Positions 15,004-24,311 of a stretch of DNA of 47,005 nt are shown one piece after another. The notes below the pieces were generated by a model. That model did no database searches. It was not told where the DNA came from and was given only the letters and a program-made list of their open reading frames with translations. The DNA is from a virus. Its lineage: Duplodnaviria; Caudoviricetes. Each line of letters begins with the position of its first letter. Position 1 is the stretch's first letter. Location: IMG/VR virus record IMGVR_UViG_3300006918_000004, positions 1 through 47,005 of that record; one strand, 5' to 3'. The translations under genes were made by a program, and so were the position numbers.

Positions 15004-17432
15004 GCGTAACAGTTCCCTCTCACGGCCCAGCGCAGGCAAAGGTCCTGATCATAGGTGAGCATCCTTCTGTCGAGGACGAGCGCAAGATGAGGCTCTTTTC
15101 TGGTTCGGCTGGAAATGAGTTTATGAAGATGCTGCAGGAAGCCGGGCACCTTACCACGGAGATCAGATATACCTCACTTCTGCGGTCTAGGCCTTACAAC
15201 AGTCAGATGAAATATGTCTGGACAAAGGACTCGGCGGAGGCGAAAGTCTGTATCCCCGGAGCTAAGAAAATTGACGGAGCCTATTACGCCAAGGACTTCT
15301 ATGAGCAGGTAAAGCATATTTGGACTGAGATAGAAGAAAATCAGCCGAATGTAATCGTACCTCTCGGAGATGCTGCCCTATGGCTTTTGACTAAAGAAAA
15401 TAGTGTTAACAAGTGGCGGGGGTCAATTATGACCTACGAGAATGGCGTGGATGAGCCTTTCAAAGTCATCCCGACCTACACTCCTTCCCAGATCATGCGT
15501 ATGTGGGAGTGGCGAGCCTTTGCAGTGCGAGATCTAGAGCGTGCCCGGACCGAGAGCTTGTATCCCGAGATACGAACTCCGGACTACCGGCTGAAAATTC
15601 GCCCTACATTTGACGAGGCGAATAATATTCTAAAAACTTTGTACTACAAGGCTACGTACTCCCGGGAACCTATGCGTCTGGTGGCTGATATCGAGACCAT
15701 AGCTCGACACATCGCTTGCATTGGAATAGCTTGGTCTGAGACTGATGCTGTGTGCATTCCCTTCATGGATGCGAAGCATAGCCACTACTACACTCTGGAA
15801 GAAGAGACAACTATCGTTTGGAGACTTAAATCCCTCCTTACCCATCCAAGAATTGAGGTCGAATGGCAGAATGGAGTGTATGATGCTCAGCACATCATTA
15901 GACACTGGGGCTTCCGTCCAAAGATTAGCTTCGATACGATGCTGGCTCAGCACTCCATCTTCCCAGGCATTCCCAAGGATTTAGGGTTCCTCGCTAGCCT
16001 CTACTGCAAGCACTATGTCTACTGGAAAGATGAGCTGACTGACTACAAATCCCTCCCGAAGGACCTAGATCAGTTCTGGCTGTACAACGCGAAGGACTGC
16101 GTGAATACCTTTGAGATCGCCGGGACCCTCCGGCCTCTTGTCAAGCAGCTAGGCTTCCAGGATCAGTGCGACTTTGTTCACCAGACAAATAACCATCTCC
16201 TCACTATGATGGTCCGTGGCTCCAACATTGACAAGGGGGAGAAGAATCGTCTAATGCTAGCCCTCCAGCCTGAGATACAAAAGCGGGAGGAAGAGATCAA
16301 TTATCTGGTGTCCGGGGAACTGAACATATCCTCCCCGAAACAGATGAAGGAGCTCTTCTACGACCAGCTGAAAATGAAAGTCGTCCCGCATAAGAAAACG
16401 CACAAACCTACTACCGATGGGCAAGCCCTAGAAGTATTCGGGCAGAGAGAGCCAATTCTTAAGCCTCTTGTCCATTTAATTGAAGAAGCCCGATCCATCG
16501 GAGTGTTTTACTCTACCTTCGTAATGATGCAGCTGGACAAGGATGGACGTATGCGTTGCTCCTTCAACGCGGCAGGAACGGAAACCTATCGCCTGTCCTC
16601 TTCGAAAAATGCTTTCGGCTCCGGGGGAAATCTCCAGAACTGGCCAAAGGGAACTGAGGATGAGGACGTAGCTGTTGGACAATTCGTGTTTCCTAACCTT
16701 AGAAAGATGGTAGTTCCTGATCGTGGGTACGAGCTATTTGATGTTGACTTGGCCGGGGCTGATGCTCAGGTCGTAGCGTGGGAGGCGGAAGATGATGACC
16801 TTAAAGCTAAGTTCCGAAGCGGAGCTAAGATCCATGCTCTCAATGCTAAGGACATATACGGCAGCGATGCAGGCCCAGACGGAAAGAAGGCGCCTTATTA
16901 CAAACGAGCAAAAATGGGTTGTCACCTTACGAATTACGGGGGAAAGCCGCCTACCCTTTCCAAGGCCCTAGGCATGACTATCCACGAGTCCGAGTTATTT
17001 CAACGGCGCTGGTTCCAGATGCATCCGGGGATTAAGCAATGGCATCTTGAGGTAGAAAATTCCCTGATGACTACCCGATCAGTTCGTAACAAATTCGGCT
17101 TTCGTCGTTTCTACTTCGACCGTATAGAAGGCCTCTTGCCTCAAGCCCTCGCGTGGATACCTCAGTCCACTATCGCCATCGTCAGTCTTAAAGGTCTGTG
17201 CAATATCGCTGAGGCTAATACCTCAATGGAGCTTCTTATACAAGTTCACGATTCTATCGTAGGCCAATATCCGAAAGACCACCGCTTTATTAACCTTCCT
17301 ATTATGAAAAAGTGTCTTACCGTACCTGTCCCTTATTCCGATCCCCTTATAATTAGTACCTCCATCGACCTCTCCACGAAGTCTTGGGGAGATCTTAATA
17401 CATATACATGGAAAGAGCTTGGTGTGGAATAA
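15000..17432 (+). CDS. polA: family A DNA polymerase with N-terminal UDG family-4-like domain and 3'-5' exonuclease
   Basis: IIGEHP..FSGSAG (UDG); DIET, NGVYD, YNAKD (Exo I-III); TYRLSS, DLAGAD, KxxxHxxNYG, QVHDS (Pol). Confidence 0.92.
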   Translation: MSVTVPSHGPAQAKVLIIGEHPSVEDERKMRLFSGSAGNEFMKMLQEAGHLTTEIRYTSLLRSRPYNSQMKYVWTKDSAEAKVCIPGAKKIDGAYYAKDFYEQVKHIWTEIEENQPNVIVPLGDAALWLLTKENSVNKWRGSIMTYENGVDEPFKVIPTYTPSQIMRMWEWRAFAVRDLERARTESLYPEIRTPDYRLKIRPTFDEANNILKTLYYKATYSREPMRLVADIETIARHIACIGIAWSETDAVCIPFMDAKHSHYYTLEEETTIVWRLKSLLTHPRIEVEWQNGVYDAQHIIRHWGFRPKISFDTMLAQHSIFPGIPKDLGFLASLYCKHYVYWKDELTDYKSLPKDLDQFWLYNAKDCVNTFEIAGTLRPLVKQLGFQDQCDFVHQTNNHLLTMMVRGSNIDKGEKNRLMLALQPEIQKREEEINYLVSGELNISSPKQMKELFYDQLKMKVVPHKKTHKPTTDGQALEVFGQREPILKPLVHLIEEARSIGVFYSTFVMMQLDKDGRMRCSFNAAGTETYRLSSSKNAFGSGGNLQNWPKGTEDEDVAVGQFVFPNLRKMVVPDRGYELFDVDLAGADAQVVAWEAEDDDLKAKFRSGAKIHALNAKDIYGSDAGPDGKKAPYYKRAKMGCHLTNYGGKPPTLSKALGMTIHESELFQRRWFQMHPGIKQWHLEVENSLMTTRSVRNKFGFRRFYFDRIEGLLPQALAWIPQSTIAIVSLKGLCNIAEANTSMELLIQVHDSIVGQYPKDHRFINLPIMKKCLTVPVPYSDPLIISTSIDLSTKSWGDLNTYTWKELGVE

Positions 17433-17433
17433 A

Positions 17434-17464
17434 TGTAGGGATTATATCTAATATAATATCCACA
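17434..17464. promoter_or_regulatory. 31-bp palindromic site, copy 3
   Basis: TGTAGGGATTATATCTAATATAATATCCACA between polymerase and helicase. Confidence 0.7.
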
Positions 17465-17490
17465 TTAAGTCAAATAACAGAGGAGAAGAA

Positions 17491-18705
17491 GTGAGTGAGC
17501 GCAAAACAGATAACTGGCTCAAGGCATTCATGTCCTACGCCTCCTACGGAGAGGCTCCACTCAAAACATTATTCTGGACAGGTGTGTCCACATTGGCAGG
17601 TGCCTTACGTCGTCAAGTATGGATCGACCAGAACTATTTCCAGTGGACGCCTTGTTTCTACATTGTCCTTGTGGCACCTCCAGGTATCATTAGCAAATCC
17701 ACAACAGCCAATATTGGCATTAACCTACTGCGAGAGATCCCCGGAATCAAGTTTGGGCCAGATGTCGTTACTTGGCAAGCACTGGTTGAGACTCTTGGTA
17801 AATCCACCGAGATGGTTCTTGAGCCCAAGACAGGGGACTATCATACCATGTCCGCTATCACCATCGCCTCAAGTGAGTTCGGAACTTTCCTCGACCCGAA
17901 CGACAGAGGAATGGTGGATGCACTGGTTAGCCTCTGGGATGGACAAAAAGGCGTATTTGAAAAAGTCACGAAGCACAGCGGCTCGGATTCTGTCGAGAAC
18001 CCGTGGATCAATATTATCGCCTGCACCACTCCCGGCTGGATTGCGGGAAACTTTCCAGAATACATGGTTGGGGGAGGCTTCACGTCCCGCTGCATCTTTG
18101 TCTACGCCGAGAAAAAGAGACAACTGGTGGCTTACCCCAAGCTTGCTACCCCAGAAAATTTCCTCGAGCAGCGGGCAGACCTCATCCACGATTTAGAGAT
18201 AATTTCTAAGATGGTCGGAGAATATCACTTATCGCCTGAGGCATACGCTTGGGGAATAGACTGGTATGAAAGGCATTGGGCGAGCAAGCCAGAACATCTG
18301 GACGATAGCCGTTTCGGTGGGTACCTTGCCAGAAAACAGACTCATATCCATAAGCTAGCTATGGTTCTCGCCGCTTCAGAAACAAGCGAGCTTATTATTA
18401 AGCCAGAAAATCTAGAATTTGCCGAGGGGATGACGACAGCTCTTGAACGTGATATGCCTATGGTCTTTTCTACTATTGGCCAGACTGACATAACTCGTGG
18501 ACAATCGGAACTAGTTAGTATAGTATTGGAAAAACAGCGTATACCACAGTCTTACCTTTACCGATTACTGTACCGAACTATGTCTGCCCAAGAGTTCCAC
18601 AACGCGCTTAATTCAGCCGTACTAGCAGGATACATTAGGATCGAAGGTGGGGGCCGAGACAATATGATAGTAGCTCTCGAAGCCCGCCCACAAACAGGAG
18701 ACTAA
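17491..18705 (+). CDS. DUF3987/YfjI-like AAA+ ATPase, putative replicative helicase
   Basis: variant Walker A APPGIISKST, IASSEFG, LVSLWDG, GGGFTSR; GAGGAG RBS. Confidence 0.7.
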   Translation: MSERKTDNWLKAFMSYASYGEAPLKTLFWTGVSTLAGALRRQVWIDQNYFQWTPCFYIVLVAPPGIISKSTTANIGINLLREIPGIKFGPDVVTWQALVETLGKSTEMVLEPKTGDYHTMSAITIASSEFGTFLDPNDRGMVDALVSLWDGQKGVFEKVTKHSGSDSVENPWINIIACTTPGWIAGNFPEYMVGGGFTSRCIFVYAEKKRQLVAYPKLATPENFLEQRADLIHDLEIISKMVGEYHLSPEAYAWGIDWYERHWASKPEHLDDSRFGGYLARKQTHIHKLAMVLAASETSELIIKPENLEFAEGMTTALERDMPMVFSTIGQTDITRGQSELVSIVLEKQRIPQSYLYRLLYRTMSAQEFHNALNSAVLAGYIRIEGGGRDNMIVALEARPQTGD

Positions 18706-18706
18706 A

Positions 18707-18988
18707 ATGGCTTACAATGTCGTAATAAAGAGAATCAACGCGCTGGGCTTCTGCTGCCCGTTTATTTATTTCCATACAGTGCGCTTTGCCACTCCCGCAG
18801 CAATAGCTGAAGAACTAGGCGTCCACCGCAGGACAGTACGCAAGTGGCGGAGCGCCTATAGGAATGACAAGTTACTTTGTTGGCAGACTAGAAACTGTTT
18901 CTTGACTACTCAGAAAGCACCTGTGCGATATCACGGTTCAAGCCCCGTACCCGCCGAGGGTCTCGATCTTGCTCTAGTCGACGAATAG
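18707..18988 (+). CDS. small HTH protein
   Basis: TPAAIAEELGVHRRTVRKWR; CAGGAG RBS. Confidence 0.65.
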   Translation: MAYNVVIKRINALGFCCPFIYFHTVRFATPAAIAEELGVHRRTVRKWRSAYRNDKLLCWQTRNCFLTTQKAPVRYHGSSPVPAEGLDLALVDE

Positions 18989-21900
18989 ATCGGGTGCTGT
19001 TTCTAGTATATTCGCGGAGTTCCTTGTTCGTCAGTCTTAGGCTCGGGTGAGGAATTTCCGCGTTATATTCCGCAATAGCTTTAAACACATCTTCCCTTAC
19101 AGCTGGTTCCCTGTCCTCAAAGGCTTTCAGATATGACTTCTTCAATCCCAACCGCCGACCGTTCCAGTACTCCGCTTGTTGCCTCTTTAAGGATTCAAGC
19201 TCTTGAAACTGCGCAACCTCAGAAAGGCGGAATCCTGTTCCTATCAGGGCCAGCTCTTTTACAGTGGGCTCTCTCAAATTCCCATTCTCATCCCGCAATA
19301 TACGCTCTCCTTTTCCGGACTTTACTCCAGAAGAGGATGCCATTACCATACGAGCTACTGAACCTGCAGCGCCCGGTAGATTCTTACCTAGTTCTTTCGC
19401 GTCGAGGTTATCAGACATTCCAAGCCCTACTCCACTCTTCACCACTCCCCCAAACGGCCCGGAGAGTTCCTCAAACGCTTCCCCGACAAATTCCTTCCAG
19501 TTATCCGCATGAGGATTTATCAGACCTAAGCCCGGAAGAGGCTTGCCTAGACTATAACTACCGGATAGGTCTGTCCCTAGCACGTCGTGCAAGAAGCCAC
19601 GTTGAATCACCTTGCGCCAGTACATCGACTCAATTCCCACTGCCTCCTTCAGGAACCTGTGACCTTCCACACGGACATTCTCACCAGTCCCGAACTTGGA
19701 CCACATCTTCTGAAGGAGTTCGACGATTGCTTCCCCGAACGGTACGCCCTCTGCGCCTGACATTGCCAAAAATATCAGCCACATACGCATGGTCATACCA
19801 CCAAAGGCGCTGCGGGGTGTCTCTCCTCTATTCCGAGCTTCTTGCCGAATGCCTCGTTCGTAGCCTCCGCTCATTATCCAAAGCATGTATTGTGGATATG
19901 ATAGAAAGATCATGAACAAGCTCTTCTTCCCCCGGAGAATCTCCGGCCTATTCCCTGAAGCATAGTCATTCTGGAGCAGTCTCGTTTTCCTAGAGGCTGC
20001 TTCGTAGGCCGAGGCTCTAGCATCTTCCAGTGTCTTTCCTTGAGCTAGGAACCTTTGCCTCTCAGCTCGATAAATCGAGAGCAGTGTCACATTCCTATTA
20101 CCCGTCTCTACTGCCTTGAACGGGAACATTCCCAGGTCAACAAATGCCCTAGCCGCCTTCCCTGCTAGTGTAGGCCGAATGCGCCTCGCCAGATTCCCGG
20201 CATTAGCCAGCCCACTCATGAAGTAGCCAAAGCCCTGGTCAATCAGGCCATCTTCCAGCGCCTTGTTCTTTGCCCAATGCTCATCCGCGGTCAATTGCCC
20301 AGACACTAGATCCTTCATCGAGCCAGCCATCAGCGCATTGCCTCTCAGCTCCCCGTAGTCTGCTGTCATAGCTGCCCAAGTTTGAAAGAGGCCTGTGGCA
20401 TTCATCAGGGCCGTCTTCGGAGCATACATCAGGTAGGTCAGAGCAATCACACTCCGAGTCTGGAACCATTCCTCCATCGGGTGCATGATGAACTGCTGAG
20501 TCTTAGTCATAGTGTCCAGTACCCTTTGCTTCTCCCTAGCTCCAGCCACATCTCCATTCCGCTTCAGCTCATTCATCTCAGATCTGGTCCATGCCCTAGC
20601 CCGGCTCATTCTCCAGCCGTAGTTCATTTTCGAGGTAAAATTCGCGGAGTCCTCAATCCAGTTGGCATAGTTCCTCAAGATATCCTGACTGGCCCCTGCA
20701 ATCCTCGAGGCATCCCGCTCCAGTCTACTGAAAGCTTTCTCCTTTCGCAAAGGCAGCATCGCGTCCCCGATAGCCTCTAGCTGCTCCCCGGTAAACTCCC
20801 CAGTATCAGATAGAGTTTCAATAAAGTCCTTCGGGAGAATTAGCTGCGGGCCAACTTTATCCTCAATCTTATTCCAGCGAATGTTATCTTTCCCTACACC
20901 AGACTTCTGCAACTTCCTGATCGCTGCGTCCTGCTCCGCGGCAGATTCAAAGTGCCCGAGCCAGACTAGCTCCCTCTTCCCTTCTTCATTCTTATCATAG
21001 ACCTTGACCACGAAGTTCCCGTAATGTGACTGAGGAACGAATGGCGTCTTCCGCCATTGCCGGGCAAGCTCCCGAATCTCAAAGCTTCTTTTCTGCACCA
21101 TCAGCTTATTTCGGCCATAGCGCATTTCCACTACAGCAATCGAGGTATTCTCTATTATCTGAATATGCTCCAGTATAGAATTCTTAATTTCAAGTATAAG
21201 TTGTGCCAGCTTAGTGCCTTCCGGAGTCGTTCCATCTATCCCCCTATCTTTCAGATATTGTTGAAAGGCTATTCCCGGCTTGTGCTGCCATTTCCCTGTA
21301 ACCGGGTCTTGTTCCAAGAGCGTCATATGCCCGCCGGAGTGCCACTCATCCAGCAGAACTTTCTCCACTAGTTCCGCATCACGCCTGCTCAAATCCTCCC
21401 ATTTTTTCGCTATGTCAGTCCCTTTCTTTAGCATATTATTCTTCATAGCCATGAGCTGGTTCTGCAGCATCGTAAAGGACTGGACTCCGGGGTCATCAGC
21501 AGTATGAGATATCTGCTGCATTTGCAATAGCACTTGCGCCTTATCCCGAGCGAAGTCTAGAGCCCGCTGCCAAAGCGTAGCTTGTCTACCTTCCCCGATG
21601 GAATCAAGAGTCTCTTGTAAGGAAGGGTCAATGTCCAGTTTAGGCTTGCTCTTGTTCAAGTCCTCCAGTTCATAAGCTACATCAAGCAGCTGTCCCCGAT
21701 TGACCATTTGAATAAGCTCTCTCCGGTAGTTGCTCTTCTCGTCCGGGATAGCAGCTTTCACTAATTCCCTCATCCGAGCTTTCGCTTCAGGATCTTCTGA
21801 CAAAGCTTCCAGACTATTAATCGCTTCTTCTTGCGACAATTCCTCTTGCGCTTTGACCTCCGAGACAACCTCCTTCACCAGTTCTTCGCTAGTCGCTTTC

Positions 21901-24311
21901 GGCTTAGGAGCTTTCTCCTTCACAGCTTTTTTCCTTGGAGCCTTCTTCTTCACTTCCTTCACTGCAGTCCTTGCTGCCTTCGCCTCATGCAGGCCATCTA
22001 CCCATTGCTGGAAGCTTACTCCCGGCTTAATTACTGTTGCTCCCGAGACTCCTTTGGTGGTCTTGAGCATTTTGAAGAACTCTCGCAGGGACTGGAGGGC
22101 TTTCGCGAAATAAGTTCCGAGCAATGTACCCTGATCAATTCGGTTAGCGTGCGCGTAACGGGAGAATTGCTCCGCCATGTACTCGTTGAATTGAAGATAA
22201 TACGCCTCCGCCGCTGTATTTGACTCAGCTTCTGACACATTTGCATTCCTTCCCATTGCGTGGATAAGTGTAAGTGCAGGAACCTGATTTAAGGGAGTGC
22301 TGGATAGCTTCGAGTCGCCAGTCCTTTTCCCTTCTCTCCGAAGAACTTCCTTCGCGTGAGAGTACAGACTCCGCTCCTGTTGCTTCATTAGGTCCTTGCC
22401 TAATTTCCAAGTTCCGAGCCATTTCTCGACGAGTTGCTCCGCGCTCATTTTCCCAGACAGAACGGCAGCTTTCATTGTCTGGTAGTCGCGGATTACTGCG
22501 GCCTCCGCAACAGGCATTTCCAGTAACTGTTGCTCTGTGTACAGCAGGCCATTGTCCAGCGAGGAGATAACATTCTGATGTTGCTGCGGCATACTCTGAG
22601 CAAAAGAAGCCATTACTAGCGCATGACCAAACTCATGAGTCAGAGCCCCGAATGTCTGTTGCTGAGTAAAGGAGTTATAACCAGTCCCGGGAAGTCGCCC
22701 GAGCATGACTCCGTCCTTCGTAGCATTCTCAGCTCTCTCAGAACGAACCAACTCCCTCGGAGTAATAATGTGGATTCCAGTCTGCGATTGCTGGTAGCCG
22801 CCGACAGCTTCTCCTTTCAATCCTCCCAGGTTTAGAACTATCCGCGAGCCCTGTGGCATCCAGCGCTCAGACCACTGCTTGATCGTAGTGCCGAGCGCCT
22901 CCGTGTAGGCAGGGGAGAATTGATCCTCGTTCCCGCCGAGCAGTACGACACTGTCTGGAGCTACCCGGGCCTGTGAAAGGGACAATCCTATCTGCTCAGG
23001 ATTTGAGCTCCAAGCAATAGGGCGCTGGCTAGGAGCCAGTTGGTTAGGGTGACTCTCTCGGGCACGTCTCTCAGCCACTTCGCGAGACATACCGCGGTCC
23101 ATATCATGCTGTATCTGCGTCTCAATTTCATTAGCGAAGTCCTCGGGCTGCTTATAGACGGGATCAGTTAATATACTGTCAAGGTCAAGTATATCCGCCT
23201 GAGCTACTGGATCAGCCGGGATTGCGTCAGTCCCCGTAGCTCTATTCTTCTCAATCTGCGCGGCGAGCTTTTCCTCTTCCTCGGTAAGAGGTTTGTCGGG
23301 AATGTGCTGATGCGGCAGTTCTGTTTCCGCAGCTACTATATCCTCCACCGGGACTCCTGCAGCAGCTTGCGTCAGACTGGTTTGCAGATCAGTCATCGCG
23401 TCAGCTTTAAATTGCTCTAGGTCTGCTTGTCTTTTTGCCTCTTTTCTCGACGCGAAAGAATCTTGTATCTTTTGCTGGCTTCCAGCAATAGCAACTGTAC
23501 CTCCAGCTGCGAAAGGCGTGGTAAGTGCTGTATCAACCACATCGGACCCAAGCTCTGATAGGAACTCAGGAATAGGCTTATCAGGGTGAGCATATACTTG
23601 ATCTGAAGTCTTTTGTAAAATTGTTGTAGGAATTTCTGTCAGTTCTTCTCGAGCTATAAACTTCCCGGCGGTTTTCGCCAGCGTATCTTTGCCCAAGTCC
23701 TTGAGCAAGCCGACTGTGGGGATAGCTTCAAGTACTCCCTCCACGCCAGCTTTAATATTCGCATTCTTCGTGGCATTTTCCAGTGAGACAGGTATATCCC
23801 CCATAGGGTTAGGAGTCCTGTCCTCAGCAAAGCTTTGCCCCTTAGTCATTCCCATCGCAGGGACGAGTGCTGCCTCCGGCCGTCTCGTAGCCACAGCTGT
23901 CACCAATCCGGGAAGATTTTGAGCTATCGACTGTGTCGCTCCGGTGGCAATCTTCAGGGGCAAGGAAGGATTCTCGGGAGTGACAGCTTTAAGCGCAGCT
24001 TTATTGTCCTGCAGCTCCTTTTGTGTCTGAGCTATCTCCTCGGGACTGGCTTTAGCGAAGAGAGGATTAACTGGAAGGTTCCCGATAGGAGCACTCATCA
24101 CTGGGTCAGGATTCTCTTGCCGAAAAAGCTTCAGTCCGAGTAGCCCCCTTTGCACGCTTGGTCCAATGCTTTTACCTATGCTACTTACCCCTTCCGATGA
24201 AAGCAGATTTGTTTTCGGAGCTTGCTCACTATCCCCGAAAGGATTCCCGGATTGCTCCGAGTCCCCAAAGGGATTAGCACTTTGCTCTACATCACCGAAA
24301 GGGTTAGCCAT
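18906..24311 (-). CDS. large internal virion/ejection protein (polyvalent, metallopeptidase motif, PLxRFG-like segment)
   Basis: 1801 aa at the end of the virion operon; HEFGH and NEYMAEQF; FVPQSHYG. Confidence 0.75.
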   Translation of the reverse strand: MANPFGDVEQSANPFGDSEQSGNPFGDSEQAPKTNLLSSEGVSSIGKSIGPSVQRGLLGLKLFRQENPDPVMSAPIGNLPVNPLFAKASPEEIAQTQKELQDNKAALKAVTPENPSLPLKIATGATQSIAQNLPGLVTAVATRRPEAALVPAMGMTKGQSFAEDRTPNPMGDIPVSLENATKNANIKAGVEGVLEAIPTVGLLKDLGKDTLAKTAGKFIAREELTEIPTTILQKTSDQVYAHPDKPIPEFLSELGSDVVDTALTTPFAAGGTVAIAGSQQKIQDSFASRKEAKRQADLEQFKADAMTDLQTSLTQAAAGVPVEDIVAAETELPHQHIPDKPLTEEEEKLAAQIEKNRATGTDAIPADPVAQADILDLDSILTDPVYKQPEDFANEIETQIQHDMDRGMSREVAERRARESHPNQLAPSQRPIAWSSNPEQIGLSLSQARVAPDSVVLLGGNEDQFSPAYTEALGTTIKQWSERWMPQGSRIVLNLGGLKGEAVGGYQQSQTGIHIITPRELVRSERAENATKDGVMLGRLPGTGYNSFTQQQTFGALTHEFGHALVMASFAQSMPQQHQNVISSLDNGLLYTEQQLLEMPVAEAAVIRDYQTMKAAVLSGKMSAEQLVEKWLGTWKLGKDLMKQQERSLYSHAKEVLRREGKRTGDSKLSSTPLNQVPALTLIHAMGRNANVSEAESNTAAEAYYLQFNEYMAEQFSRYAHANRIDQGTLLGTYFAKALQSLREFFKMLKTTKGVSGATVIKPGVSFQQWVDGLHEAKAARTAVKEVKKKAPRKKAVKEKAPKPKATSEELVKEVVSEVKAQEELSQEEAINSLEALSEDPEAKARMRELVKAAIPDEKSNYRRELIQMVNRGQLLDVAYELEDLNKSKPKLDIDPSLQETLDSIGEGRQATLWQRALDFARDKAQVLLQMQQISHTADDPGVQSFTMLQNQLMAMKNNMLKKGTDIAKKWEDLSRRDAELVEKVLLDEWHSGGHMTLLEQDPVTGKWQHKPGIAFQQYLKDRGIDGTTPEGTKLAQLILEIKNSILEHIQIIENTSIAVVEMRYGRNKLMVQKRSFEIRELARQWRKTPFVPQSHYGNFVVKVYDKNEEGKRELVWLGHFESAAEQDAAIRKLQKSGVGKDNIRWNKIEDKVGPQLILPKDFIETLSDTGEFTGEQLEAIGDAMLPLRKEKAFSRLERDASRIAGASQDILRNYANWIEDSANFTSKMNYGWRMSRARAWTRSEMNELKRNGDVAGAREKQRVLDTMTKTQQFIMHPMEEWFQTRSVIALTYLMYAPKTALMNATGLFQTWAAMTADYGELRGNALMAGSMKDLVSGQLTADEHWAKNKALEDGLIDQGFGYFMSGLANAGNLARRIRPTLAGKAARAFVDLGMFPFKAVETGNRNVTLLSIYRAERQRFLAQGKTLEDARASAYEAASRKTRLLQNDYASGNRPEILRGKKSLFMIFLSYPQYMLWIMSGGYERGIRQEARNRGETPRSAFGGMTMRMWLIFLAMSGAEGVPFGEAIVELLQKMWSKFGTGENVRVEGHRFLKEAVGIESMYWRKVIQRGFLHDVLGTDLSGSYSLGKPLPGLGLINPHADNWKEFVGEAFEELSGPFGGVVKSGVGLGMSDNLDAKELGKNLPGAAGSVARMVMASSSGVKSGKGERILRDENGNLREPTVKELALIGTGFRLSEVAQFQELESLKRQQAEYWNGRRLGLKKSYLKAFEDREPAVREDVFKAIAEYNAEIPHPSLRLTNKELREYTRNSTRSIRRLEQDRDPRRVRGLNRDIAQVLSE
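24222..24311 (-). repeat. 3 x 30-bp tandem repeat encoding [AG]NPFGD[VS]EQ[SA]
   Basis: N-terminus of the 1801-aa protein. Confidence 0.9.

Noticed and set aside
12500-17432. 2-aminoadenine (Z) or deazaguanine modified-genome pathway
   Set aside because: No PurZ, HD-type dATPase, Que/FolE or DpdA motifs in any ORF.
14402-18196. Long same-strand alternative-frame ORFs inside the MTase (14402..14968) and helicase (17495..18196)
   Set aside because: Ser/Arg/Pro-rich off-frame composition, no recognisable domain.
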